DNA from: Raja brachyura
Taxonomy: Eukaryota
Assembly (NCBI GenBank): GCA_963514005.1
Contig: OY740802.1
Span: 24,552,001-24,616,000 of the forward strand
Length of the DNA: 64,000 nucleotides
Direction of reading: 5' to 3'
The position numbers and the translations under genes were made by a program. The notes beneath the pieces are model-generated. The model did no database searches. It had not been told where the DNA came from and was given only the letters and a program-made list of their open reading frames with translations. Positions 50,471 to 62,620 of the stretch are shown one piece after another; positions within the stretch are counted from its first letter, which is position 1; each line of letters starts with the position of its first letter.

Positions 50471-52063
50471 GATTCTGTTAATTAATCTATCCTGACTAGT
50501 TGTAAAAACACTTCAGACTGCAATATGTTTCTTCATCTCAGGTATAATGTTGATATTATTGTTGAGGCAGAAGAAGATTAAATATTGTTTAGGAATAGAC
50601 ATGGCAAAAGAGGCAGTATTAAGAGGTGTATAGCTTACTTTTTTCTAGGCCTGGAGGAAGTATGTTTCAGTCTATTACAAGAAGCAAAGAAGGAAATTGT
50701 GGCAGCCCGAACTACAATATTTAAACCCTTCCTGGTCACGCAAGTAGTGGCAGAGGATGGCAGGATTGCAATTGTTGCACTGTTTAAAAGGGAATAAACC
50801 AAGTAATTTCAGGTTAATTGGTGGTGATCAAATTCTATGGAACAGTATAAATCACCATCACCACAGTGAATGGCAGTGTTTGGGCACTTGATGGGCGAGG
50901 CCGATTTAAACTCACCACACTTATTCCTGTAGAGGGACGGCGTGATTGATAGCAGTGCAGAAATTATAACATTATTGTCACATGTAGCTAGTTGTAGTTA
51001 AATGTTTTGTTTTACATATAATCCAGTAAAATCACATTGTATGTAAGTACAATCATACACGAGTAAAATAGTGCAATGATCAAGCTAAAGTACAGTGCAT
51101 TGAGTGACCCTAGGGTGAATGGAATTTTTATAGGATGGTTCCATCAACATGAACATCTTTAATCGCTTCTGTACGCAATTCATTCTGCAGTGAAACAAAT
51201 ATTTTTGGCTGAGTGACTGCAAACTTAAGCCTGAGCACAGTTTGGCACACGTTCACTTTGCTCACTAAATGTACTTGAACTTAAGGTTTTTATTTTGGTC
51301 AAGCACTTTTTCAATAATTATGCTTAAGGTGTGAAGTAAACGGACATTGAGGCAAAAATAAGGAGATTGAGAGAGATAAGCAAAAGGTAAAGGCACTTAA
51401 AAACAGAAACGTATGGGAGGACGCAGAGGATTTATGGAAAGGCCGATCACAACAATGAATGAATGAATACGTTTATTGGCCAAGTATGTACACATACAGG
51501 CATTTTGCCTTGGTGCTCCTCGCGCAAGTAACAACACAACATACAGTACAATTAAGAATAAAACATTGTTTAAACGTGAACTAAATAAAATACCAGAGCA
51601 AAAGTAGGCTACAGATTTTTGGTTGTTGACTAAAGCTACTGCTCATGGGAGGGAAAAAAATCTGTTTTTTTGTCTGGCTGTGGTGGCTTTGACAGTCCGG
51701 AGTCACCTTCCAAAGGGAAGTGAATTTAACATTTTAGATAAAGTTACATTTACCCATCTGGGCAGCATAAATTTATGCAGGATTAGTCTGAGGTGGTTGG
51801 GAGTTTTTCTGGACATGCTGGTACAGAAAATGTTGGAATTGGAGGTTATTGTACAAACCATAAGTAACTGATCAATAGAACACAGAATCTGGTGAGAAAA
51901 TTTATAAAGTCACTAAAATTAGGAACTTTATATTTTTAAGATGTTAGCAAATATTTTTCTATCAGAGAGTTGAACTCTTCCTTGAAGGGTGGAGGAAGCA
52001 GGCTCTTTTGGATATTTTTAGGCAGAGATCGAAAGATTCTTGATAAGAAAAAGGATTAGAAGT

Positions 52064-52156
52064 TAGACACAAAAAGCTGGAGTCACTCCGCGGGACAAGT
52101 AACATCTCTGGAGAGAAAGGATGGGTGATGTTTCGATCGAGAACCTTCTTCAGACA
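52064..52156 (-). mobile_element. Penelope-derived hammerhead-motif repeat (antisense)
   Basis: Reverse complement of the 21574 family (...ggtgatgtttcgatcgagaaccttcttcagac). Confidence 0.78.
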
Positions 52157-52597
52157 AAAGTTACCTGGGGTAGGTAGGAACTCAGTCATGGTTGCCGTCA
52201 CTGTATGGTAGCAAAGGTGCATGGATAAAGTCTTTTAAAAAGGGTTTGAGCCAAAATAGGGGGTAAATCTGCTGCTTTATTAATAGATGGTGCATTCACA
52301 TATAGAATTTGTTAAACAATTACGGTCTTAACAACACAAGAATGGCAGTGATATCAGAGTATGCATAATGATAATGGCCAGAACGATTGAGGATCATTAA
52401 TGGATTGTCAGGAGTAGGTTGGACATGTCATTATTCAGAAACGAAAGATGAGAAGTGATAAAACTGCTGTTTTTGCGGTTTCAAAGGATCAGTAAACAAG
52501 CTGTTTCATCCACTACTGTTGATTACAAATGTGTAAATATGCAGTGGGACCACTGCTGACAGAAGATTTTCTGACTGATTTTTTTTTTTGTCTGTAG

Positions 52598-52751
52598 AGT
52601 TTTGGAATCAAAAACTCAAGTGGAATTGGATACTTCATTATTTCTTTCTCAGCTGGATGCAATTTGGAAAGGATTCATCAACATGCATGGCGTTGCAAAA
52701 TTTGTTACTAAAGCTTTTCCAGTCTCTGGATCTATTGACTATCTTGTAGAG
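52598..52751 (+). CDS. DIDO1: DIDO1 exon: SPOC domain part 1
   Basis: DTSLFLSQLDAIWKGFINMHGVAKFVTKAFPVSGSIDYLVE; T-tract+ctgtag| acceptor and gag|gtaagg donor. Confidence 0.96.
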
Positions 52752-53916
52752 GTAAGGAAGTCTTTGCCCCATCAGCTCTTTTTTTCTGTATGCATGTAAC
52801 AGTTAAGGGGATGTCAGTCTTTGAACATTTCTATTGTTAGGGTTGGGTACATTTGTAATAATTCTTAAGCATAAGAACGATTGGGTGCTGGGAGGGGGAA
52901 ATCAAATAGTTGAATGTTGAATTTTTTTTTTTGGTCTGTTAAGAAACAGCTTTTTTTAATACCAATTACATTTTATGTGAGCTGTAAAGCCATGAGAAAA
53001 TTGGAAGTGGGTTTCCAATATTCACATAAGAGCAGTCTTGAAATTGGTATTTGAAACCTGAAATTCACCCAACACATTAGCGGGTCAATGTTTAAAGCAT
53101 CTCGATTGATGTTTGGGATACCAAACGATGCAAGGTGTATTAGGTGAAGAGGATGATAATACAATTGCTGCACTAAATTATTTGTTTAAGTTATTCCTCT
53201 TGTTTGCTGTAATACTGTCACAGTGAACTCTTAATTTTACACACATTGGTATTTTCAAGAATACTTAGCTGTGTAGTAGTACCAGAATTTGTATTTAATA
53301 TTCAGTCAGTTGGCATGGTTGAGCTTGTTTACATTTGAGGTACATCTTCATTTTCAAAGCATCCTGGTAAGTCTTTTGGAACTAAAACCTGTGTGACTCA
53401 AGTTGGAATGAAGAAAGATACATGGTTATTGAAATTTTTTTTTTAAGTAACTGAAAACAGTTATTGCAAATTGTAGAAACGAGGAACTTGCAGACACTGA
53501 TTTACCAGAAATGTCACAAAGTGCTGGAGTAATTCAGCGTATCTGGCAGCATCTCTGGAGCAAGGACCCAACCAAAAAACCTCACCTATCTGTGTTCTCT
53601 GCCTCACTCGCTGTTACTCCAGCACTTTGTGCCTTTTTTGGTAAAACAAGCATCAAAATGGTATGCCACAAAAGACCTGTGTGAACAGATAATGATCACC
53701 AAAAGGATTTCTCAACCTCTAATGGTTGAGGCCAATTTATCAATAACTGCTACGAGCAATTAAATGCTTATCTTCGTGATGAAATTCAGCATTTTTTTTT
53801 TTTAGCAAATTTAATTTTGGTTTTTATCATTGTTATCAATGATAATGGGGTTGGTGCTGCAGGGAGTAATTTACTTGTAAAGTTTTCATTTTTTATTTAT
53901 TTTTCTGTTTTGTTAG

Positions 53917-54006
53917 GACTTGCCAGACACAATTCATATTGGTGGCAGAATTTCACCCCATACAGTATGGGATTATGTAGGAAAGCTGAAGTCGTCTCTC
54001 TCCAAG
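53917..54006 (+). CDS. DIDO1: DIDO1 exon: SPOC domain part 2 (this frame is absent from the ORF track)
   Basis: Hand translation DLPDTIHIGGRISPHTVWDYVGKLKSSLSK; ttag| acceptor and aag|gtattg donor; 90 nt. Confidence 0.96.
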
Positions 54007-54546
54007 GTATTGTACTTTTAATCTGCGTAATAGCTAGGATCTGTTATCTACCCAAAAAAATTGTTCTTCTAAATTTATATAGATAATTTTTGCTTCATTT
54101 ATGCAGAGATCTTCTTGTTGCACAGAATAATTTACCATAAAATAAAATAATTTCACTTTCCAGCAGTTATTCAGATTTTTCAATTCTTGCAAAAAGCATC
54201 CATTCAGCAATGTGTAGACTACTCCCTTCTGGCAGACATGAGGAGCCAGAAGCACACTGAACATGATCTCTTTCATCATGCTGGCTGTAGAACAATGGTG
54301 AATTGATGTCTGATTGTGGGGGCATTGGTGTTGTAGGTGACAGGCTTGGGGGGATAGACAACAATTGGAAGGGGACAATTTGCTGGTAGCATGGAAGTAT
54401 TAATTATTCTTCCTGTGGCAATAAATTTGTTAATTAAACTATTTATGGTGACTGGACAACTGCACTTTCCTGACAGATAGCTGCATAAGCAATCGGTCAG
54501 ATCTTCCCTGCTCAGCAGCTGAAATGACGTCCCTCCAAGTGATGAG

Positions 54547-54640
54547 TCTGAAGAAGGGTCTCGGGCCGAAACATCACCTATTCCTTCTCTCCATAGATGC
54601 TGCCTCACCCACTGAGTTTCTCGTGCATTTTGTACCCACC
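54547..54640 (+). mobile_element. Penelope-derived hammerhead-motif repeat
   Basis: gtctgaagaagggtctcgggccgaaacatcacctattcc... Confidence 0.78.
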
Positions 54641-54909
54641 TTAGCTTTTGAATGAGATTTAAATAAGGGATTTAAGGAAGGAATACGAGTTATTGGTTAA
54701 AATTGGGGATGATCAAGAAGTTGTTATTGGTGGGAGATTTGAGAGACGTGGGCAAAGATGAGATTACTGAGGAGAAAAATAAAATTATGCAAGGATTTGG
54801 AAATTATGCCATTTTTAAGAGGCTTTGCTCAATTGTGAACCAGTATAATATGGATGCAGGAAGCAGATCAGCAGGACTGGTGCGGGTCAGGATAGAAGTT
54901 GCAGATTAT

Positions 54910-55165
54910 TGTCCTACGTTTGTAGGTTACTGCCTGTGTGGAATTTGCATGTTCTCCCTATAACAGTGGGTTCCCTCTGGGTGCTCTGGTCTCCTGCCAC
55001 ATCCCAAAGATATGTGGGTTTGTAGGCTCATTGACTCTCTGTAAAGTGTCTCGAGTGTGAGCAGTGGATGCAAAAATGGGATAAAACTAGTGTGGATGGG
55101 TGATTGACAGCCAGTTTGGACGATGGGCTGTAAAGTCTGTTTCCATGCTGTATCTTTCGATCAAC
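54910..55165 (+). mobile_element. 5'-truncated HE1/V-SINE-like SINE
   Basis: Core ggaatttgcatgttctcc...ccacatcccaaaga and tail ctgtttccatgctgtatct. Confidence 0.7.
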
Positions 55166-55517
55166 TTAAAATACGATAGCAAAGTGGTCAAGCCTTAATT
55201 GCTCTCCATACAAAGCAAAGTAGCCAGAAAGTCGCACAATTCAAGGGGGATTTTGGGGGATAGGCAATTAATACTGACTCCAGGAGCAACGCTACCCAGA
55301 GGAATGTTTGGTGAGGAATATTTTGGCAAGTAATAACTCTGAGGTTCATATCAACCATGAAACAATTAAGTCGATGGGGTGGTGGGTCTGAAGACATTGG
55401 CAACACATTGAGGTACATTTTGTAATGGTCGGGGACATTATAGAACTATAGCTACTGGTTGCAGCCTGGCTTGTGTTGAGTGATTTCTGCTTTGTTTTCT
55501 TTCCATGATAAATGCAG

Positions 55518-55713
55518 GAAGTCTGTCTCATTCGTTTTCACCCAGCCACGGAGGAAGAGGAGGTCACCTACATCTCGCTGTACTCCTACTTCAACAGTCG
55601 CGGGCGTTTTGGCGTAGTGGCAAATAACGCCAGACACATCAAGGACCTCTATCTAATTCCGCTTGCTGCTAATGACCCGATTCCTTCCAAATTATTACCT
55701 TTTGAGGGCCCAG
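55518..55713 (+). CDS. DIDO1: DIDO1 exon: SPOC domain part 3
   Basis: EVCLIRFHPATEEEEVTYISLYSYFNSRGRFGVVANNARHIKDLYLIPLAANDPIPSKLLPFEGP; tgcag| acceptor and g|gtaaga donor. Confidence 0.97.
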
Positions 55714-56148
55714 GTAAGAGCAGATTATTTAGAAACATGATTAGCAAACGCCAGGTGAACAGCAACTTGCTAATAACCTGCTGGCTCGCATTAGCACTTT
55801 ACGGGCTCATAATCTGGTGTATACATGTAGCCAAACAATTACACCTCTTTTTCACTCTCCTATTTCCCCTGTTGTTAGATTTTAGTTTTGCATTATTTGA
55901 GAGAGTTCACTCTGCTTGCATTCCCTGTCCTTCCACAATCTGAGCACACTTAATACTTGCAACATTTATTTTTCCACCATATGTGGGAACCCAGGCTGAC
56001 TGGAAGAATGTACTATAGACCTGGGATGGTGGGAGTGACTTGTCCACAATCTTCATCTCATGGGATGCTACACCCATTTCCCACAACATAGCAGTGTGTT
56101 GTGGACATGAATGCTTCTCCAAAGTTTGTGGCATTTTGCCAAAGAATT

Positions 56149-56452
56149 GGCACGATGGCGCAGTGGTAGAGTTGCTGCCTTACAGCGTTGCAGCGACGGA
56201 GACCCGGGTTAGATCATGACTACGAGTGCCGGAGTTTGTACGTTCTCCACGTGACTGTGTGGGTTTTCTCCGAGATCTTCGGTTTCATCCCACACTCCAA
56301 AAACGTACAGGTATGTAGGTTAATTGGCTTGGTGTATGTGCAAATTGTCCCTGGTGCGTAGGACAGTGTTAGTGTGCGGGGATCACTGGACGGTGGGGAC
56401 ACGGTGGGCCGAAGGGCCGGTTTCCGTGCTGTATCTCTAAACTAAAACTAAA
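56149..56452 (+). mobile_element. Full-length tRNA-derived SINE (HE1/V-SINE-like)
   Basis: A-box tggcgcagtggtag, B-box-like ggttagatc, V-domain-like core, CR1-type tail gggccg...tttccgtgctgtatctc(taaac)n. Confidence 0.85.
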
Positions 56453-59400
56453 TATGTAAATTAAATCTGCCCAGTCAACACGCAGTAATGAATGAAATCT
56501 GTAAATAATGTACTTGGATAATTCTGGGGTTACAATTGACAGTGCAATGTAATCACTATTTGGTATCATGTGTTTTTCTAGCAGTTAAAATCCGTTCAAC
56601 AAAACGGATGTTAACTTAATTTTATCAGGTTGAGAGTCATTTTGGAGAGTGCTTGCAAAATCTATTGCAGTGGATTTGTTGAGTGTTTGCCATTGTCAGT
56701 CCCGTGTTACGTAAGCATGCTCATTTCAGACATTTGAGGAGAAACAAGTCACGCTTAATCTTGTCCAACAAATAGATTGGGTAGTCTTAACTTCGTGGAT
56801 TTTTTTGATTGTACCAAAGCTATTGGAGCAACTTCAAGATTTAAAAAAAGGTAAGTCCAAAAAGTATGAAATGACTATCAATTGCGTGGCATACAATATT
56901 CTTGGTGGAGGCGAGCAAAGGTATATTTTAGTACAAATTTACTTTCTCTTTGAGGTTATCCTATAAATTCATATACAAAAAAACAAGCAATTTCTGGCAT
57001 TCCATCATATTACAGCTATTTACTTCTCATTTTAGGGTTTTGCAGTGAATTATGCCTTTGAGTTTCTTATAATGCCATGATTCTTTTATTGGACTTTAAT
57101 GCGCATGTTAAATTGCCTGACCAATGCAATGCAGCAAACAGGGATCTAGAGCGATATGCAATAACAGCAGTCTACTGAGGCAATAGAGTTTTGGGGTTGG
57201 AATTTTTAATAGTACCTCATCAGTGTATATCAGCTACTAAAATTCGTAACTACAGACGTGTCCTTCATTTTTTTTTTTAAACTAAATTTCTAAATATCTG
57301 TGAAGATTTTCAAGAAGCATGTTACTTTAGCAATGCTACAGAAAGAAAGAAACTGAGGCCATTTGGAGATGTAGAGTTCTCAGCTATCCTGTATTTCATC
57401 ATTACATATTTATGGAGCATATTGAGCACATTAAGGATTTGCCATTTAGTTTATTTTCTGGAACACTATTTAAATTGGGTGGTTTCTAATATCTTCGCAT
57501 CTGTGTATTTTGTGTAGAAAATGTTTTTTTTTTAATCTTGTAACTTTGTATTTTACATAACTATTATTAATAAAGTTATTTCCAGAACATTGCATTTGGG
57601 ATTTGTTTGAATTTGAAATGTCTGGCAGTGGATGAGATCAGCGGCTGGCACCCTGATACCAATCATGGAGATGTAACTCCGGATCTCTTAGTCTTTAAAG
57701 TTCAGAGCCTTGTAAGGGATTGGGCATCTGGTATTGTAGGGTTTTATATGGTCAGCAGCACCATGTTTCTTCAGCATTCAAGTCTGGGGAGACACCTTTG
57801 TATTTTTTTCAGTGTTGATGGGGAAGTAAGTCCCTGCTTACTATGCATTGGCCTCAGTGGGTTCAATGTCTGCAAGTAACAGCTGCCATTTGTATTTAAC
57901 ACCGGACCTATTTGCTCCTGACTAATTTTTTTCTGCTTATGAAAATAAATATTAGAAAGTTCCATCGGTTCACACTTCTGTTTATAAACTGCAAAAGAAT
58001 GATACACCGGCAATGTATCATTTTTGTTTAACACCTTAGCACGTTCCATCATGTTCTAATTCTAATGTGGTTTTCTCTGCAGCTATGTAACTGTTGATCT
58101 GTTGTCAACAGAATGCTGCCAGTCTTACCTTTTTACTTTTCCATGTATTGCGCTCTCTACATGTACAGTTACTGATCTCTGTCCAATTCAAGAGTGTCAA
58201 CACCTGTTCATTTGAGACATTTGATCAAGTTGACTTTGCAGTCATAACTCCAACAAAGATAATGGACACACTGCTGCCATTTACATTGCTATGTAGTCTG
58301 TGTGACTGACTAAAATTTGACCAATCCTGAACATTTCATTGATAGCTGGGATTAGTTTTATCCTTGGGAAATTAAGAGCATAAATATATTCAAGAAAAAT
58401 GAATCTTGATCCTTAAACCCCATTCCTTTTTTGCTAACTATCGCACTTTCTTCCTTTTCATGTTAGCGTTTAATGTGTCCTATGGTCTCTGGAGCACATT
58501 TATTGTCTCCTGGACAATAGCAATTCCTAACAATTTACTGAGGTTTATAATATTACCTTTATAAATGGGCTTTGGTTTGTTCTGTCCCAAAAGTGTACAT
58601 TTTTTAACTCTGGTTTATGTGGGAAATTTGCAAGAAATTGGCTAGGCATTGTTACCCTAAGGGTACAAAAAGAGAGCAGTGTCGAGTGAGTAGAGGTACA
58701 TTTGTCAAGCTCCTTTCAATCCTTTTACAATTTACAACTGCTTTTATTATTATTTGGTAGTGCCAGTTAAATTCACCTTCACCGTTTGTGATGATGAGTT
58801 TGCACTTCGCAGCTCAAATGCCAAAGCTTACTAGTTGGGATATTGGTCCTTCATAAAGTTATTATTTTTGATAATCTTCTCCTTCACAGTACCAATGAAT
58901 CAGAGAGAATTCTAGAAGCATCAAGCACCTGATGTGAGAATTAGCAGTACATTGCAGAATTTAATCCCCCAAATTAGTCTAATGTAAAGATCTTGGATGC
59001 TGCATTAATTGTCCCACAAACAAAATTTGGAACGTGAGACTTTAGTCTTGATTTGATCTTTGCTTATCCTATCCTTTATTGGCCAGTGACTCAGCAATTC
59101 CTGTTGTGTGTCTGCACCTGCGAGAGATACAAAAGGTTGCCAACATGTTGGCAAGAGAGCATCTGCAGTGATTTGATCTCCATGACATACCGAGATGATG
59201 GTGAGCACTTGGAATCCTGTAAATGTCTGACTGCATCTCTGAGCTTGTGAAAACACAGATTTTAATTGTGGTTGGGAAATTTTCCTTTCAGGTGCACCAT
59301 CCCTTCCCATCACTAGTACCTTCTCAGATTTAACATTCAGTAATTGTCTTACATCAGCAATGTAATTTGGTTGTGAATGCGCTAGTGTCAAGAATGTTTC

Positions 59401-59869
59401 ATTGTCATACCAGGATTAGAACAATGAAATTCTTGTTCGGGCCCATTAATGCAATAACATACAGAAATACAAATAATCAATCATACAATAAATTAATTAT
59501 CAATAATAATACCAGATATTATATTAGATATTATTACTTTATTCATTTTGTTTTAATTGTCTAACAATTAAGCACCAGTGAAACCATAATTACAAAATGT
59601 ATTTCCCTTACAATGCCCCACGCCATCTACACTGGCTTTCTTTAGTTTGTAGGGCAGGACATAATGAAAGATGCCGTCCATTTCTATGTATTGTAGATTG
59701 GGTGTCACTCGTGTTGGCTGTGTTTGTTAATGTCAAAGAGAGGATTATATCTCACTAGGTTAGAGCTGTAAATAGGACAATAACATGCTAACAATAATCA
59801 GGAACTCGTGTTAAGATTAGCATTTCTAGTAGAAACACTGCAATAATTATATAAACCTGTATGAAATAA

Positions 59870-60280
59870 CATGAGTCATACAGCACATAAGCAGGCTCTT
59901 TGGCCCACTGTCTTTATCAAGCTGACTATCAAGCAAATGCTTTTTGTTTACTCCCCACCTTTCCATCAACTCTCCCCAATTTCTACCACTCACCTAAATG
60001 CTACAAGCAATTTACAATTGTCAATTAACTTACCAACTTGGAGGGGGGGGTGCGCTCTTTGCACCTGAGAGCACCTGGTGAAAACCCTTTCTGTCACGAG
60101 GATGTACAAAGTGCTGGAGTAACTCAGCGGGTTGAGAGGCTGCATCTTGGGAGACCATGAATAGGTGATATTTCTGGTCAGGACCACTCTGTCACAGGGA
60201 GACTATGTAACCCCCACACTGACTGGACCAGAGATCAAGGTTGAACCCGACTCGTTGGAGTTGCTGTTTAGCAGGTCTTC
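59870..60280 (-). mobile_element. Degenerate SINE with a nested Penelope-derived repeat (~60105-60190)
   Basis: Reverse-complement SINE motifs interrupted by caaagtgctggagtaactcagcggg; ctctgtcac-like duplication at the junctions. Confidence 0.55.
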
Positions 60281-61769
60281 ACACGTACCTCTGGGTCGCT
60301 CCATGTTTTAATACAATTCTAGCACCATTTTGCAAAAAAAACATTTTTTCCTTTGAGTCATTCAATGTGTAGCCAATTCCTAACTGCATTGGCAAGATAT
60401 TTTGTGAGTACTGGGGAGATTGGGTCAATAGAGGATTGAAATGAATCAAACTAAACCTCACCTGAGTAATGTTAGTGTGACGAAGAGTCTCGACCTGAAT
60501 TATCACCTATTACTTTTCTCCAGATGTGCTGTCTGACCCACTGAGTCACTCTAGCTTTTTGTGTCTGGCTTCAGTTGATCAAATGGATCTCCTGTTAATA
60601 AATTCATCGTCTGCACTCTGACCATTGTTAATCAGAGCAACAGGAAATCTTCCAGCGGCTGTAATGAGGGGGCATCTGCTCATGTTCCCATTCCAGGTTG
60701 TCTGCCATAAATGTTTATCAACAGGGGCAGGAACATACATGGTGCATCAACCCTGTGAATCCCGCACATCCGTCATGAATATTAGCACAATGGCTGGAGG
60801 GCAGCCAGCTTAAAAAGCATAGTTTTGCCTCTCTTGGCACAGTGCACTGGTCAACTCTTGAAATCCAGGAGAAACCCTGTGATTTGACAGGATCCAAACT
60901 CACGTTGGTAGATCTTCTGCTGAAAGCTAGGGTACATTGAGTACATTTTGTGGGATAAAGTTTGATTCATGGTACTAGTGCCTTAAATCATGGAAATAGG
61001 CTGTTCCTCGGATAAAAATAGAAGCTGCAAATCACAAGTTCAAGTTCAATCGTGTTCTGTAATGAAATCACTGAAGACTATAAGCAAAGCAGCAAAACTA
61101 AAGAAGATTGCTCTCAAAGAATAACATAGAGTTTCACACAACAAAGGTTTAGATAATTGGATGAAATAAGTCGAAATGCCCATCCCAATCCCTCTACGTT
61201 CTCTGTCGGATCTCAGTCCTGAGTTCATTGTATTATTTTTAATTATAGGCAGACATTTGAGGTGCTACAATTGCCCAGAAACTGTTGCTAATCACTATCC
61301 ACCCATGCCTTCAATTGCTACCCATCTGAGTATTCTGCTGCTCACACATAGAGTGGCTTTTGTCTATAGCATAATAGAGTTTTCAGGGTTGATGGAACCA
61401 GTAAATTAGTAGCATCTATATCACTTTTTTTGTGATCAACAAAATACAGTTAGATGCTAAAATAAAGCATTTTTAAATCCGGAAACTACATGATGACCCT
61501 CAATTGTAGAATAGTACGCAAAAAAGTTATATTAGGAAACAGTCCCTAGTCAGATTTGATTTGTGCCTAATTTAATATCTTTGTCATTATCACCACAGAT
61601 TAGTAAAAGGTTATGCTAAAAAATGTATTTCAAAAGAAGAAAGGAATAGCCAGTATGGTAGCACTTTCTCACAACCTCAGACTGTCCCAGAAAAAAAATA
61701 ATTAACCCAGATTCATTACCTTAGAGAGGTCATTAGAAAATAAAGACTGCACTTGTGTGCAGCAACACC

Positions 61770-62620
61770 AAGACAACATTGAGACATGGGCTGGTAAGTG
61801 GCAAGGAATATTTATACCTCAAGTGCTGGGCAGTGATTATCTCCACAAAGAACAAGTTCAACGCCAACTTTTAACATATGTTGGCATTACCAACATCAAG
61901 GCTCTCACCATGAACAACCATTGACCAGAAACTCAACTGGACCGGCTGCATAAAGACTCTGGCTACAAGAGTAGGTCAGAGGCTGGGTATTCTGAAGAAG
62001 CGACTCACTGCATTTTCACACGACAAGGCCTAAGTCAGAAATATGATGGGATTCTCTACTTGCCTGGTAGAATACAGTGTCAATACCAGCATTCAAGCCA
62101 AAACCACCACTTGATTGGCAAAGGAAGACACAAAGTGCTGGAATAACTCAGCGGTCCAGGCAACATCTCAGGAGAACATTGAGTGGTGACGTTTTGGGTT
62201 GGGGTCTTTTTTCAGACTCATGATTGGCACCTTGTCCACCACATTCATTCCCTCCTCCACTGGCACACCATAATTGCACTGTGTACCAGCTGCACAATTT
62301 ACTGAGTTACTGGCCCAGGCTACACTGACATCACCACTCAAACCTGCAGCCTCAACCAACAACGATGTGAGCAACAGGTGGTTTAGAGCACCATCATCTT
62401 CAAATCCGCTACTCTGTCTCACCACCCTGACTTGGAGATATATCACCATGCTTCATTGCTGCTGTGTCTAAATCTAGAAACTTCTTGATAACAGCACTGG
62501 GAGCACCTTCACAGGAAGAATGGCATCGGTTCAAGATGGCTTACTGCTGCACCACTGGACAAATTAGAGATGGCTCTAAAGCTCTGGCCTTGCCTGTGAC
62601 ATCCAGGTTGCCCAAATGAA
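61770..62620 (+). mobile_element. Old non-LTR retrotransposon 3' part, interrupted by an antisense Penelope-derived repeat (62121-62220, TSD tgattggca)
   Basis: Shares motifs with 6040-6340 (cttgga(ga)tatatcac..t..cttcat); 9-bp duplication at 62112-62120 and 62221-62229. Confidence 0.6.

Noticed and set aside
56149-56225. tRNA gene-like sequence (also ~32095)
   Set aside because: tRNA-derived SINE head with no complete cloverleaf, followed by SINE core and tail.
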